Shown: positions 27,439-34,942 of the stretch, in pieces | How positions within the stretch are numbered: position 1 is the stretch's first letter | Layout of the letters: each line of letters begins with the position of its first letter | Source of the DNA: Gammaproteobacteria bacterium | GTDB taxonomy: Bacteria > Pseudomonadota > Gammaproteobacteria > Steroidobacterales > Rariloculaceae | DNA length: 64,000 nucleotides | NCBI GenBank assembly: GCA_036555065.1 | Contig: DATBLZ010000166.1 | Coordinates: forward strand, 9,043 to 73,042 | Direction: 5' to 3' | Position numbers and translations under genes: made by a program | Notes under the pieces: model-generated | Told to the model about the DNA's origin: nothing | Databases searched by the model: none | What the model saw: only the letters and a program-made list of their open reading frames with translations

Positions 27439-29546
27439 TAGGCCGCCTCCTTCGTGAGCTCGGTGAAAGCTTCAGCGAGCGTCGCTTGTTTGACTTCTAG
27501 ATTCTTGAGCGCTGCGTCGGCGGCGAGGAGCTTACGCACGACGCTTTCTGCATCGAAAGCCGTCACGTGCACGACGTCGCTCTCGCGGACCGCGTCGACG
27601 ACGCCGGGCCACTGCTTGATGGCGTCGACTGCGAGCGCGGAGGCGCAGCTGATGCGCTTGCGCGAGACGAGCGAGCGCATCTCGGCGACCGTGCCTTCGG
27701 CGACGAGCTTGCCCTTCGCGAGCACGGCCACGCGATCGGCGAGGGCCTCGGCCTCCTCGAGATAGTGAGTGGTCAGCACGATCGAGCAGCCGTCGGCGAG
27801 GAGACGGCGAATGTTGCGCCACATCGCGGCGCGGGCCTCGACGTCGAGCCCGACGGTCGGCTCGTCGAGGAAGAGCAGCTGCGGGCGGCCCGCGATCGCG
27901 GTCGCGAACTGCACCTGGCGCTTTTGTCCGGCCGAGAGCTTGCTATAGCGCTTGTTCGCGAGCGGTGCGATGCCCGCGAGCGCGATCGTCTCTTCGACCG
28001 CGAGCGGATCGCGGTAATAGCTCGCCGCGAGCTCGACGTGCTCGCGCGCGCGGAGCTCCGGCGCCAAGTTGACCTCCTGGAGCATGACGCCGACGCCGAG
28101 CCGGCTCTGCACGTCGAACGGCGAGCCGCCCATGACCGTGACGATGCCCTCGTCGGGCTCGAGCAGGCCGAGCCAGAGCGCGATCGCCGTCGTCTTGCCC
28201 GCGCCGTTCGGGCCGAGCACGGCGAGGAGCTCACCGGGACGAAGCGTGAGGCTCAAGTCGTCGAGCGCGACCGTCTTACCGTAGCGCTTGGTGACGTTCG
28301 CGAGCAGCGCGACGGGCTCGTGCGCCGGGCGTGCGGCAGGACCGGGGTCGCGCGGCGTTTGCGGGCGAGGGCCGCGCGGATATTTTCGCCCGTTCAAGAT
28401 CGCGCCGATGAACGTCGGCCGCACGAGGTAGTGATAGCTCACGAAGAGGACTGCGAGCGTGATCGCAATAATCGCCGGGAATTTGATCGTCCAGTGCAGC
28501 GGCACTTTCATGAGCGCCGCCTGGAGGCCGAACACGATCGGCAAGTGGCCGAGATAGAGCCAGTACGATGAATCCGCGATGTAGCGGCGCACGGGGCTCA
28601 AGCCCGAGCAAAACCGTACGGCCGCGCCGACGATGCCGAAGGTCCAATACCAAATCGACGCCGCGTAGCAGGCCGTATAGACGAGGCGCATCTCGGTAGG
28701 CCCGGCGATGACGAAGGGCGCATCCGTATTCGGCGTCACGCCGACGATCGCGAGGCACGCGGTCGTCAAACCGATCGCGAGGACCAGGTTCACGCGCCAC
28801 TGCGCCTCGAGCCGGCTCAAGAGCGCTGGCTGCCGGTGCAACACCCAGCCGAACGCAAACGCCGTGCCGAACGCGACCGTTCCAGGAATTTTCGGCAACA
28901 AGCCCGTGTCGGGCGTCGGGACGCCGAACCAGACGGGCCAGTCAGCCTTGAAATAGAGCGCAACGAGGATCGGCGCCGCGAGCGCGATTGGGGCGAGATA
29001 GCTGCCGAGCCAGGCGCCGACCAGCGCGTCGATGCGTGCGCGCAGCCAGCCGCTCCGATCGAGCAACGCGATGAAGCCGGCACGGAGCGCCAGCGTAAGC
29101 ACGTAGAAAAGGGTCAAGTAGTAGAGGAACCACAGGTGCAGCAACGGAAAGCCCTGCGGCTGCAACGCTTGGACGTCGGTCCCCGGAGGCGGCCCGTCGG
29201 GGAACGTGCGCATGAGGCCCCAGACCACGGCCCCGATCGTCGGCGGCGCGAGCACGAGCCAACCGGCCGTCATCGGCACGAGAATCCGCTTCGCGCGATC
29301 CTTGACGAATGCCCGCATGCCGCGGCGGTGGAACACCATGTGCGCGAAGAACCCAGCGATGAAGTAGAACAAGCTCATGCGGAAGATGTGGATCACATAG
29401 AACGCGACGCCGAGAGTCGTGCTCTGCGAAACGTCTTGCGCCGGCAGCGGGATGAAGAACGACATCGTCGCGTGGAGCACGATGCCGAGCAGCAGCGCGA
29501 ACGCGCGCGCGGCGTCTAGAGAATGGAAGCGGTCTTGCGCAGTCAT
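27438..29546 (-). CDS. fusion protein: N-terminal acyltransferase-3 (AT3/OafA-OpgC-like) membrane domain plus C-terminal ABC transporter ATP-binding domain
   Basis: 702 aa. Residues ~1-385 are polytopic with the AT3 N-terminal signature FHSLDAARAFALLLGIVLHA. A Pro/Arg linker (PRGPRPQTPRDPGPAARP) follows. The NBD has Walker A GPNGAGKTT, signature LSAGQKRQ and Walker B LLFLDEPTVGLD. No stop or frameshift separates the halves. Confidence 0.8.
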   Translation of the reverse strand: MTAQDRFHSLDAARAFALLLGIVLHATMSFFIPLPAQDVSQSTTLGVAFYVIHIFRMSLFYFIAGFFAHMVFHRRGMRAFVKDRAKRILVPMTAGWLVLAPPTIGAVVWGLMRTFPDGPPPGTDVQALQPQGFPLLHLWFLYYLTLFYVLTLALRAGFIALLDRSGWLRARIDALVGAWLGSYLAPIALAAPILVALYFKADWPVWFGVPTPDTGLLPKIPGTVAFGTAFAFGWVLHRQPALLSRLEAQWRVNLVLAIGLTTACLAIVGVTPNTDAPFVIAGPTEMRLVYTACYAASIWYWTFGIVGAAVRFCSGLSPVRRYIADSSYWLYLGHLPIVFGLQAALMKVPLHWTIKFPAIIAITLAVLFVSYHYLVRPTFIGAILNGRKYPRGPRPQTPRDPGPAARPAHEPVALLANVTKRYGKTVALDDLSLTLRPGELLAVLGPNGAGKTTAIALWLGLLEPDEGIVTVMGGSPFDVQSRLGVGVMLQEVNLAPELRAREHVELAASYYRDPLAVEETIALAGIAPLANKRYSKLSAGQKRQVQFATAIAGRPQLLFLDEPTVGLDVEARAAMWRNIRRLLADGCSIVLTTHYLEEAEALADRVAVLAKGKLVAEGTVAEMRSLVSRKRISCASALAVDAIKQWPGVVDAVRESDVVHVTAFDAESVVRKLLAADAALKNLEVKQATLAEAFTELTKEAA

Positions 29547-29555
29547 GACGAAACC

Positions 29556-30227
29556 TCAGACGAAGTCTTTTCTTTTCGCTTGAACGAAGAACGCAATCGC
29601 GAGCGACAGCACGATGACGGCGATCTCGATGCCGATCGTCGTCAAAGCCGTCGCACTCCAAACCGGCACGGGGCCGTCGTTGTTCGCGGCGAAACCCGGC
29701 AGTCGCGGCACGACGTTCAGGTACACGGCAACGCTGAGATTCGTCAGCATGATTCCGGCGATCGGCCACGCATCCGACCTCGTGGCAATGAGCAGCGCAA
29801 GTAGCGCGCAGAAGCTCGCGAGGAAGAAAAACATCATCGCGACGGTGAACGGGAGGGTGCCGTCGGGCGGCGGATCGAACGCAATCGTGAGCCCAACAAG
29901 GGTTACCCCGATCGCGCCCCAAGGAATCAGAAATCCGATTAGCGATGCCGCGACCTTGGCGACCGCATACTGCATCGGCGAGAGCGGCAGGCTCAGCACG
30001 AACAGCAGGGTCTTCGTTTGCCGCTCGATAGAAACACCGAACATCGCGATGAAGATGCCGGCTGCGACCACGGCCGTGACGAGCAAGAGGATGCCGACGA
30101 AGTCGGGCACGCCCTCGCGGCTGTTCAAGAACATAGCCGCGAATCCGCCGGCTATCGTGATCGCGAAGAGCCAGCGATGCAGGTACAAATCCTTGGCGAT
30201 GAGTCGCCAGACGATCGAGCGGTTCAT
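29556..30227 (-). CDS. ABC-2-like integral membrane protein (YtrC/D-type partner of the upstream ATPase)
   Basis: 223 aa, six hydrophobic helices. ATGA overlap with the upstream ATPase gene. Ends 9 bp before the AT3::ABC start. Confidence 0.6.
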   Translation of the reverse strand: MNRSIVWRLIAKDLYLHRWLFAITIAGGFAAMFLNSREGVPDFVGILLLVTAVVAAGIFIAMFGVSIERQTKTLLFVLSLPLSPMQYAVAKVAASLIGFLIPWGAIGVTLVGLTIAFDPPPDGTLPFTVAMMFFFLASFCALLALLIATRSDAWPIAGIMLTNLSVAVYLNVVPRLPGFAANNDGPVPVWSATALTTIGIEIAVIVLSLAIAFFVQAKRKDFV

Positions 30228-31120
30228 TCGCCGCGCTCCTTTCGGTTGTGCATGACGGTCGCGACGAAGATCTCCTCGAGCGTGAGCCGGCGCACGTCGC
30301 GGACCGTCGCGCCGGCCTGCGTGTAAATCGCCTCGAGCTCGCGCGTGTATGCGTTCGTCGTCACGACCGCCGTGTGGCCGCTGCGCGTGATCTCCGTGAC
30401 TCCGGGCGGGGCATGCAGCTCCTTGTTCTCGGGCACGTCGAGCGAGAGCCGGCGCCAGCGGTCGAGAAACACCTCTTTATCGTTCGAGTCGACGATCCGG
30501 CCCCGATCGATGAACGTGATCTGGTCGGAGATCTGCTCGACGTCCACGGTGTTGTGCGAGGAAAAGAGGATCGAACGATCCTCGTCCTTGAGCACGTCCA
30601 TGAGCTCGGCGAGCGCTTCATGACGCGCGACGGGATCGAGGCCCGACGTCGGCTCGTCGAGCACGAGGAGCCTCGGCCGGCGCGCGAGCACGAGTAGCAG
30701 CGAGACCTTCGTCGTTTCACCGTGCGAGAGGCCCTTGATCCGCTGCTCGGGACGCAAATTGAAGCGCTTGAGCAGGGCTTTGGCGTAGGCCTCGTCCCAG
30801 CCTGAGTAGATCGACTTCACGAAATCCATGTGCCACGCGATCGTCGCGCTGCTGAAGAGCCGCATGTCGTCGGAGACGAAGCCGACGTCCCACTTCGCGC
30901 GCGCCTGCTCCTTCGGGATCGAGTGGCCGAGCACGCGGATCTCGCCGGCGTCAGGCCCGAGCATGCCCATGATGAGGCGGATCGTCGTCGTTTTGCCGGC
31001 GCCGTTCGGGCCGACGAAGCCCATGATTTGGCCTTGCTCCAAGCGCAGCGACACGTCGTCGAGCGCGAAGAACCGGTAGCTCTTGCGGACGGCCTGCAAC
31101 TCGATTGCTGGTACGTTCAT
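30224..31120 (-). CDS. ABC transporter ATP-binding protein (YtrB-like)
   Basis: 298 aa with Walker A GPNGAGKTT, signature LSHGETTK and Walker B LLVLDEPTSGLD. ATGA overlap with the GntR gene. Confidence 0.9.
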   Translation of the reverse strand: MNVPAIELQAVRKSYRFFALDDVSLRLEQGQIMGFVGPNGAGKTTTIRLIMGMLGPDAGEIRVLGHSIPKEQARAKWDVGFVSDDMRLFSSATIAWHMDFVKSIYSGWDEAYAKALLKRFNLRPEQRIKGLSHGETTKVSLLLVLARRPRLLVLDEPTSGLDPVARHEALAELMDVLKDEDRSILFSSHNTVDVEQISDQITFIDRGRIVDSNDKEVFLDRWRRLSLDVPENKELHAPPGVTEITRSGHTAVVTTNAYTRELEAIYTQAGATVRDVRRLTLEEIFVATVMHNRKERGE

Positions 31121-31509
31121 GCGTTCCTTTTCGCGCGCTGGCGGTGGGCTTTGCGCAGCCGTGCTTCGAGCTCGGCGGGCTCGAGGCCGAGAAGCTGGGC
31201 GATCTCGGTCGCGGCCTCGAGGTGCTCGTCGAGCTCCTCTTCCTTGAGGCTCGTGCCGATATCCACGTTCTCGGCGACGAACGTGCCCCGGCCCTGACGC
31301 GTGACGATCACACCCGCGTGCTCGAGCTCGAGATAGGCGCGTTTGACGGTGATGACGCTGACGCGCAAGTCGATCGCCATCGTCCGAATCGACGGTATTT
31401 CTGCGCCGGGGAGCCAGTCCCCGACGGCGACGCGATGCCTGATCTGTTCCATGATTTGGAGGTACATGGGGCGGCGGTCTGCTTGCGATATTGTGAGCAC
31501 ATTGTGCAT
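31117..31509 (-). CDS. GntR-family transcriptional regulator, YtrA subfamily
   Basis: 130 aa from ATG 31509. Winged HTH (PMYLQIMEQIRHRVAVGDWLPGAEIPSIRTMAIDLRVSVITVKRAYLELEHAGVIVTRQGRGTFV). The short helical C-terminus is typical of YtrA. Confidence 0.85.
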   Translation of the reverse strand: MHNVLTISQADRRPMYLQIMEQIRHRVAVGDWLPGAEIPSIRTMAIDLRVSVITVKRAYLELEHAGVIVTRQGRGTFVAENVDIGTSLKEEELDEHLEAATEIAQLLGLEPAELEARLRKAHRQRAKRNA

Positions 31510-31530
31510 ATCAATATACACAGTATGCAC
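31504..31530. promoter_or_regulatory. candidate YtrA-type operator: 7-bp inverted repeat GTGCATA-N13-TATGCAC overlapping the regulator start codon
   Basis: GTGCATA at 31504-31510 and TATGCAC at 31524-31530, in the only AT-rich patch of the region. A second palindrome GCACATTGTGC lies at 31497-31507. Confidence 0.35.
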
Positions 31531-31769
31531 GACGGGGCAGCGGCATGCAAGTCCCGCGATCGCGCGGCAGAACCCGCGCCCCCCAAGCGTTTCTCGGGCA
31601 TGCCCAACGCCGTCCACGGAGTCGCCGTTCGGCGACAGGGTGAATCAGCCCGCGATCAAGGATTTAGCGATACGCAAGCCCGCCCGTTGTAGGCGTGTGC
31701 CGACAAACGACCTCGACTCGGCGCGGTTGTGTCGTGACCATCGGCCGGCTCCGATGGGGTTGTTTGGGT

Positions 31770-31785
31770 TGGCACGAATCATGCT
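31770..31785 (+). promoter_or_regulatory. candidate sigma-54 (-24/-12) promoter upstream of the TlpA/TPR/ExbBD cluster
   Basis: TGGCACGAATCATGCT compares with consensus TGGCAC-N5-TTGCW, with correct GG-N10-GC spacing. Lies 124 nt upstream of ATG 31909 on the correct strand. Confidence 0.4.
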
Positions 31786-31908
31786 CGAACGGGCTGAGGC
31801 CGGCCCATTCCAAGGAGTTGAGACCTGGCTCATAGACCCGCAAGCGCCGCAGCCCATAAGGTTGCGGGGCTGGCGTTATGTCTTTTTGCCGGTGTCGGGA
31901 AGTCAGCG

Positions 31909-32409
31909 ATGAAACGTCACGGAGCTCGGTATGCGCTCGTGCTCGCCCTCGCGCTCGTTGGGGCGCAAGACTCTTTCGGCGAGCTCCCGGGATCGCCCGC
32001 GCCCGACTTCGTGCTCAAGAGCATGACCGGCGAGAACCTGCGCCTGTCGGAGTATCGCGGCCGCGTCGTGTTGCTGGCGTTCTGGGCAAGCTGGTGCGGC
32101 GAGTGCCGGTCGCAGCTCGAAGGGCTCGGCTCGCTCTACGAGCGCTATTCGAGCGCGGGTTTGGAGCTTTTAGCCGTGAGCCTCGATTCGCGCCGCAGCC
32201 AAGTCGAAGACGCGATGCAGGCTGCACATGTTGCATACCCCGTCGTGCATGACGCCGGCGGCGAGGTCGGGCAAATGTACGAAGTGAGCTCGATGCCGCT
32301 CGTCGTGCTCATCGACCGCGAGGGCGTGGTGCGCGACGTGTTCGAAGGGTACAAGCGCGGCAACGAGGAGCAGTATCTGGACCGCGTGCGGGCGTTGATG
32401 AATGAATAG
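31909..32409 (+). CDS. TlpA/ResA-like periplasmic thiol:disulfide oxidoreductase (redoxin)
   Basis: 166 aa with a signal peptide. Thioredoxin-fold active site FWASWCGECRSQ. AhpC/TSA-redoxin layout. Confidence 0.85.
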   Translation: MKRHGARYALVLALALVGAQDSFGELPGSPAPDFVLKSMTGENLRLSEYRGRVVLLAFWASWCGECRSQLEGLGSLYERYSSAGLELLAVSLDSRRSQVEDAMQAAHVAYPVVHDAGGEVGQMYEVSSMPLVVLIDREGVVRDVFEGYKRGNEEQYLDRVRALMNE

Positions 32410-32452
32410 GCGGAATCGCGGCTAGAACCGCGCCCCACAAATGGAGCACACA

Positions 32453-33037
32453 ATGAAGAAATTCGGCCTCTCGGTAATGGTTGCGCTCGCGCTCGCGGGC
32501 GGTTTTGCGGCGGCCCAGGACGCAGCCGTGCCGGAGTTCTCGCCCGACGGCGGCGCGCGCTCGCAAGCCGCTCGGCAGAGCACCGAGGAATCGAGGACGC
32601 TCGACGAGGAGGTTCAGGATCTCAAGAAGCTCGCCATAGATCTGAACCGCGATTTGTTCCTGCTCGAAGAGGAGCTCTTGTTTCCGTCGAGCACACAGGT
32701 GGCGGTCTTCGTATCGATGGACGTCGGTGAGTTCTTCGGGCTCGATTCCGTCGAGATCAAGCTCGACAACAAGGACGTCACGAACTACCTGTATACCGAG
32801 CGCGAGGTCGACGCGCTCATTCGCGGCGGCGTGCAACGTCTCTACGTCGGCAACCTCAAGACCGGCGAGCATGAGCTCGTCGCCGTGTTCACGGGCGAAG
32901 GTCCGCACGTGCGCGACTATCGACGCGGCGCGGCGCTGACGTTCGAGAAGGGCATTGGGCCGAAGTACATCGAGCTTACGGTCTCGGATCGCGAGAACAA
33001 GCTCCAACCGGAATTCGTGGTGAGGGAGTGGGAATAG
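32453..33037 (+). CDS. secreted protein of unknown function (first cluster-specific gene)
   Basis: 194 aa from ATG 32453, with GGAG 7 nt upstream. Signal peptide (VALALAGGFAAAQD), a short coiled-coil segment, then a beta-rich domain. Confidence 0.5.
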   Translation: MKKFGLSVMVALALAGGFAAAQDAAVPEFSPDGGARSQAARQSTEESRTLDEEVQDLKKLAIDLNRDLFLLEEELLFPSSTQVAVFVSMDVGEFFGLDSVEIKLDNKDVTNYLYTEREVDALIRGGVQRLYVGNLKTGEHELVAVFTGEGPHVRDYRRGAALTFEKGIGPKYIELTVSDRENKLQPEFVVREWE

Positions 33038-33040
33038 CCC

Positions 33041-34942
33041 GTGCGCAAGTCCCACGCCCATTGGACGTCGGCACTGGTCGGCGCCGCGCTCGCGGCGGCA
33101 ACTCTGCACGTCCGGGCCGACGACGAAGAACCTAAAGTCGTAAGAGACCTTGCCTACGGCGAAGTCCTGTTCCACTACTTCAAGGACGATCACTTCACCG
33201 CGCTCACGCGGCTCTTGGCCGGGCTCGAGCGCGACGAGCTGCCCTCGCACGCGCATGACGCGGATCTTCTGCTCGGCGCTCTTTATCTCTCGTACGGCCA
33301 ACATCGCCTCGCGGGGCAGGTGTTCGAGCAAGTGCTCGCGAGCTCAGTCGACCCGGAGCTTCACGATCGCGCGTGGTTCTTCCTCGCGAAGATCTGGAGG
33401 CAGCGCGGCTATCTCGCCGAGGCCGAGGCCGCGCTCGCGCGGATCGGCGAAGAGCTTCCCGAGGAGCTCGAGGGCGAGCGGCAAATGCTCCAGGCCGAAG
33501 TGCTCATGGACCAGCAGAAATTCGATGAGGCGCTCATGGTGCTCGAATCGTGGCGCAAGCCGAGCGACCGGTGGGTCGGATTCGCGAAGTACAACATCGG
33601 CGTCTCGCTCGTGCGGATCGGACGCGTCGAGGAGGGCGCAGCCGTGCTCGCCGAGGTCGGGCAGCTCGATCTCGAGAACCCGGAGCTTGCGGCGCTGCGC
33701 GACAAGGCCAACGTCGCGCTCGGGTATGCGTGGCTCCAGGCGAGCCGACCGGCCGATGCGAAACCGTCGCTGCAGCGCGTGCGGCTCGACGGACCGTACT
33801 CGAACAAGGCGCTGCTCGGCGTAGGCTGGGCGGACGCCGAGCTCGGCGACTACGAGGCGGCCTTGCGGCCGTGGGTCGAGCTCGGCCGGCGCGATCTGCT
33901 CGACTCGGCCGTGCAGGAATCGCTGCTCGCAGTGCCGTACGCGTTCGCGCAACTCGGCGCGGACAAGCAGGCCGCCGATTACTACGTGGCGGCGATCAAT
34001 GCGTTCAACGACGAGCTCCTGCGGCTCGACACGTCGATCATCGCGATCGAGTCGGGCCAGCTCATCGACGAGCTTCTGGCGCGCGAGCCCGCGGACGGCT
34101 CGGGCTGGTTCTGGCACCTCGAGCAGCTGCCGCAGACGGCCGAGACGCGCCATCTCTACGAGGTCATGGCGACGAACCGCTTTCAGGAAGGACTCAAGAC
34201 GTATCGCGATCTCAAGTATTTGTACGATAACCTCGATCAATGGGTGGGCAGCCTCGACACCTTCGACAGCATCCTGCAGACCAGGCAACGCGCTTACGAG
34301 GAGCGTTTGCCGACGATCGACGCGAGCCTGGAACGCATCGATCTCGACGCGATGGCAGAGCGACGCCTCGAGCTCGAGTCGCGGCTGCTCGAGATCGAGC
34401 GCACGCAGGATGCCGTGGCCCTCGGGACTCCGGCCCAGCAAGAGGCGTGGCGCACGCTCACCGAGATGGAGCCCGATCTTGCGCGGCTCGGCAACGACGA
34501 GCGCGCGGAGGAGCTGCGTCGCAAGCAGCGCTTCTTCAAAGGGTTGCTGCTTTGGGAGCTGCGCCGGGATTATCCCGCGCGCCTGTGGGCCGAGCAAAAG
34601 AGCTTGCGCGAGCTCGATCGCGAGCTCAAAGAAGCGCGCCGCAGCCATCATGAAGTCGCGACGGCGCGCGACACCTGGCCCGAGCAGTTCGGGTCTTTGA
34701 CGGCGCGCATTGCGGCGCTCGCGCCGCGCGTCGAAGCGCTGCGCGCGATTACGCGAGACACTCTCGAGCAGCAGCGTGCGTTCGTGCAAGGAATCGCCGT
34801 CGAGGAGCTCCAAGCACAGCGCGAGCGCGTCGATACGTATCTCGTTCAAGCGCGCTTCGCGCTTGCTTCCGTGTATGACCGCGCGGCCGCGAGCACGGGC
34901 GCACCGCCCGCAGAATCGACCGTCGCGGAGGAACGCCCGTGA
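33041..34942 (+). CDS. secreted TPR plus long coiled-coil protein
   Basis: 633 aa with signal peptide (LVGAALAAATLHVRA). The N-terminal half has TPR-like helical repeats. The C-terminal half is heptad-rich (ERLPTIDASLERIDLDAMAERRLELESRLLEIERTQ...). The stop overlaps the next start (GTGA). Confidence 0.6.
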   Translation: MRKSHAHWTSALVGAALAAATLHVRADDEEPKVVRDLAYGEVLFHYFKDDHFTALTRLLAGLERDELPSHAHDADLLLGALYLSYGQHRLAGQVFEQVLASSVDPELHDRAWFFLAKIWRQRGYLAEAEAALARIGEELPEELEGERQMLQAEVLMDQQKFDEALMVLESWRKPSDRWVGFAKYNIGVSLVRIGRVEEGAAVLAEVGQLDLENPELAALRDKANVALGYAWLQASRPADAKPSLQRVRLDGPYSNKALLGVGWADAELGDYEAALRPWVELGRRDLLDSAVQESLLAVPYAFAQLGADKQAADYYVAAINAFNDELLRLDTSIIAIESGQLIDELLAREPADGSGWFWHLEQLPQTAETRHLYEVMATNRFQEGLKTYRDLKYLYDNLDQWVGSLDTFDSILQTRQRAYEERLPTIDASLERIDLDAMAERRLELESRLLEIERTQDAVALGTPAQQEAWRTLTEMEPDLARLGNDERAEELRRKQRFFKGLLLWELRRDYPARLWAEQKSLRELDRELKEARRSHHEVATARDTWPEQFGSLTARIAALAPRVEALRAITRDTLEQQRAFVQGIAVEELQAQRERVDTYLVQARFALASVYDRAAASTGAPPAESTVAEERP

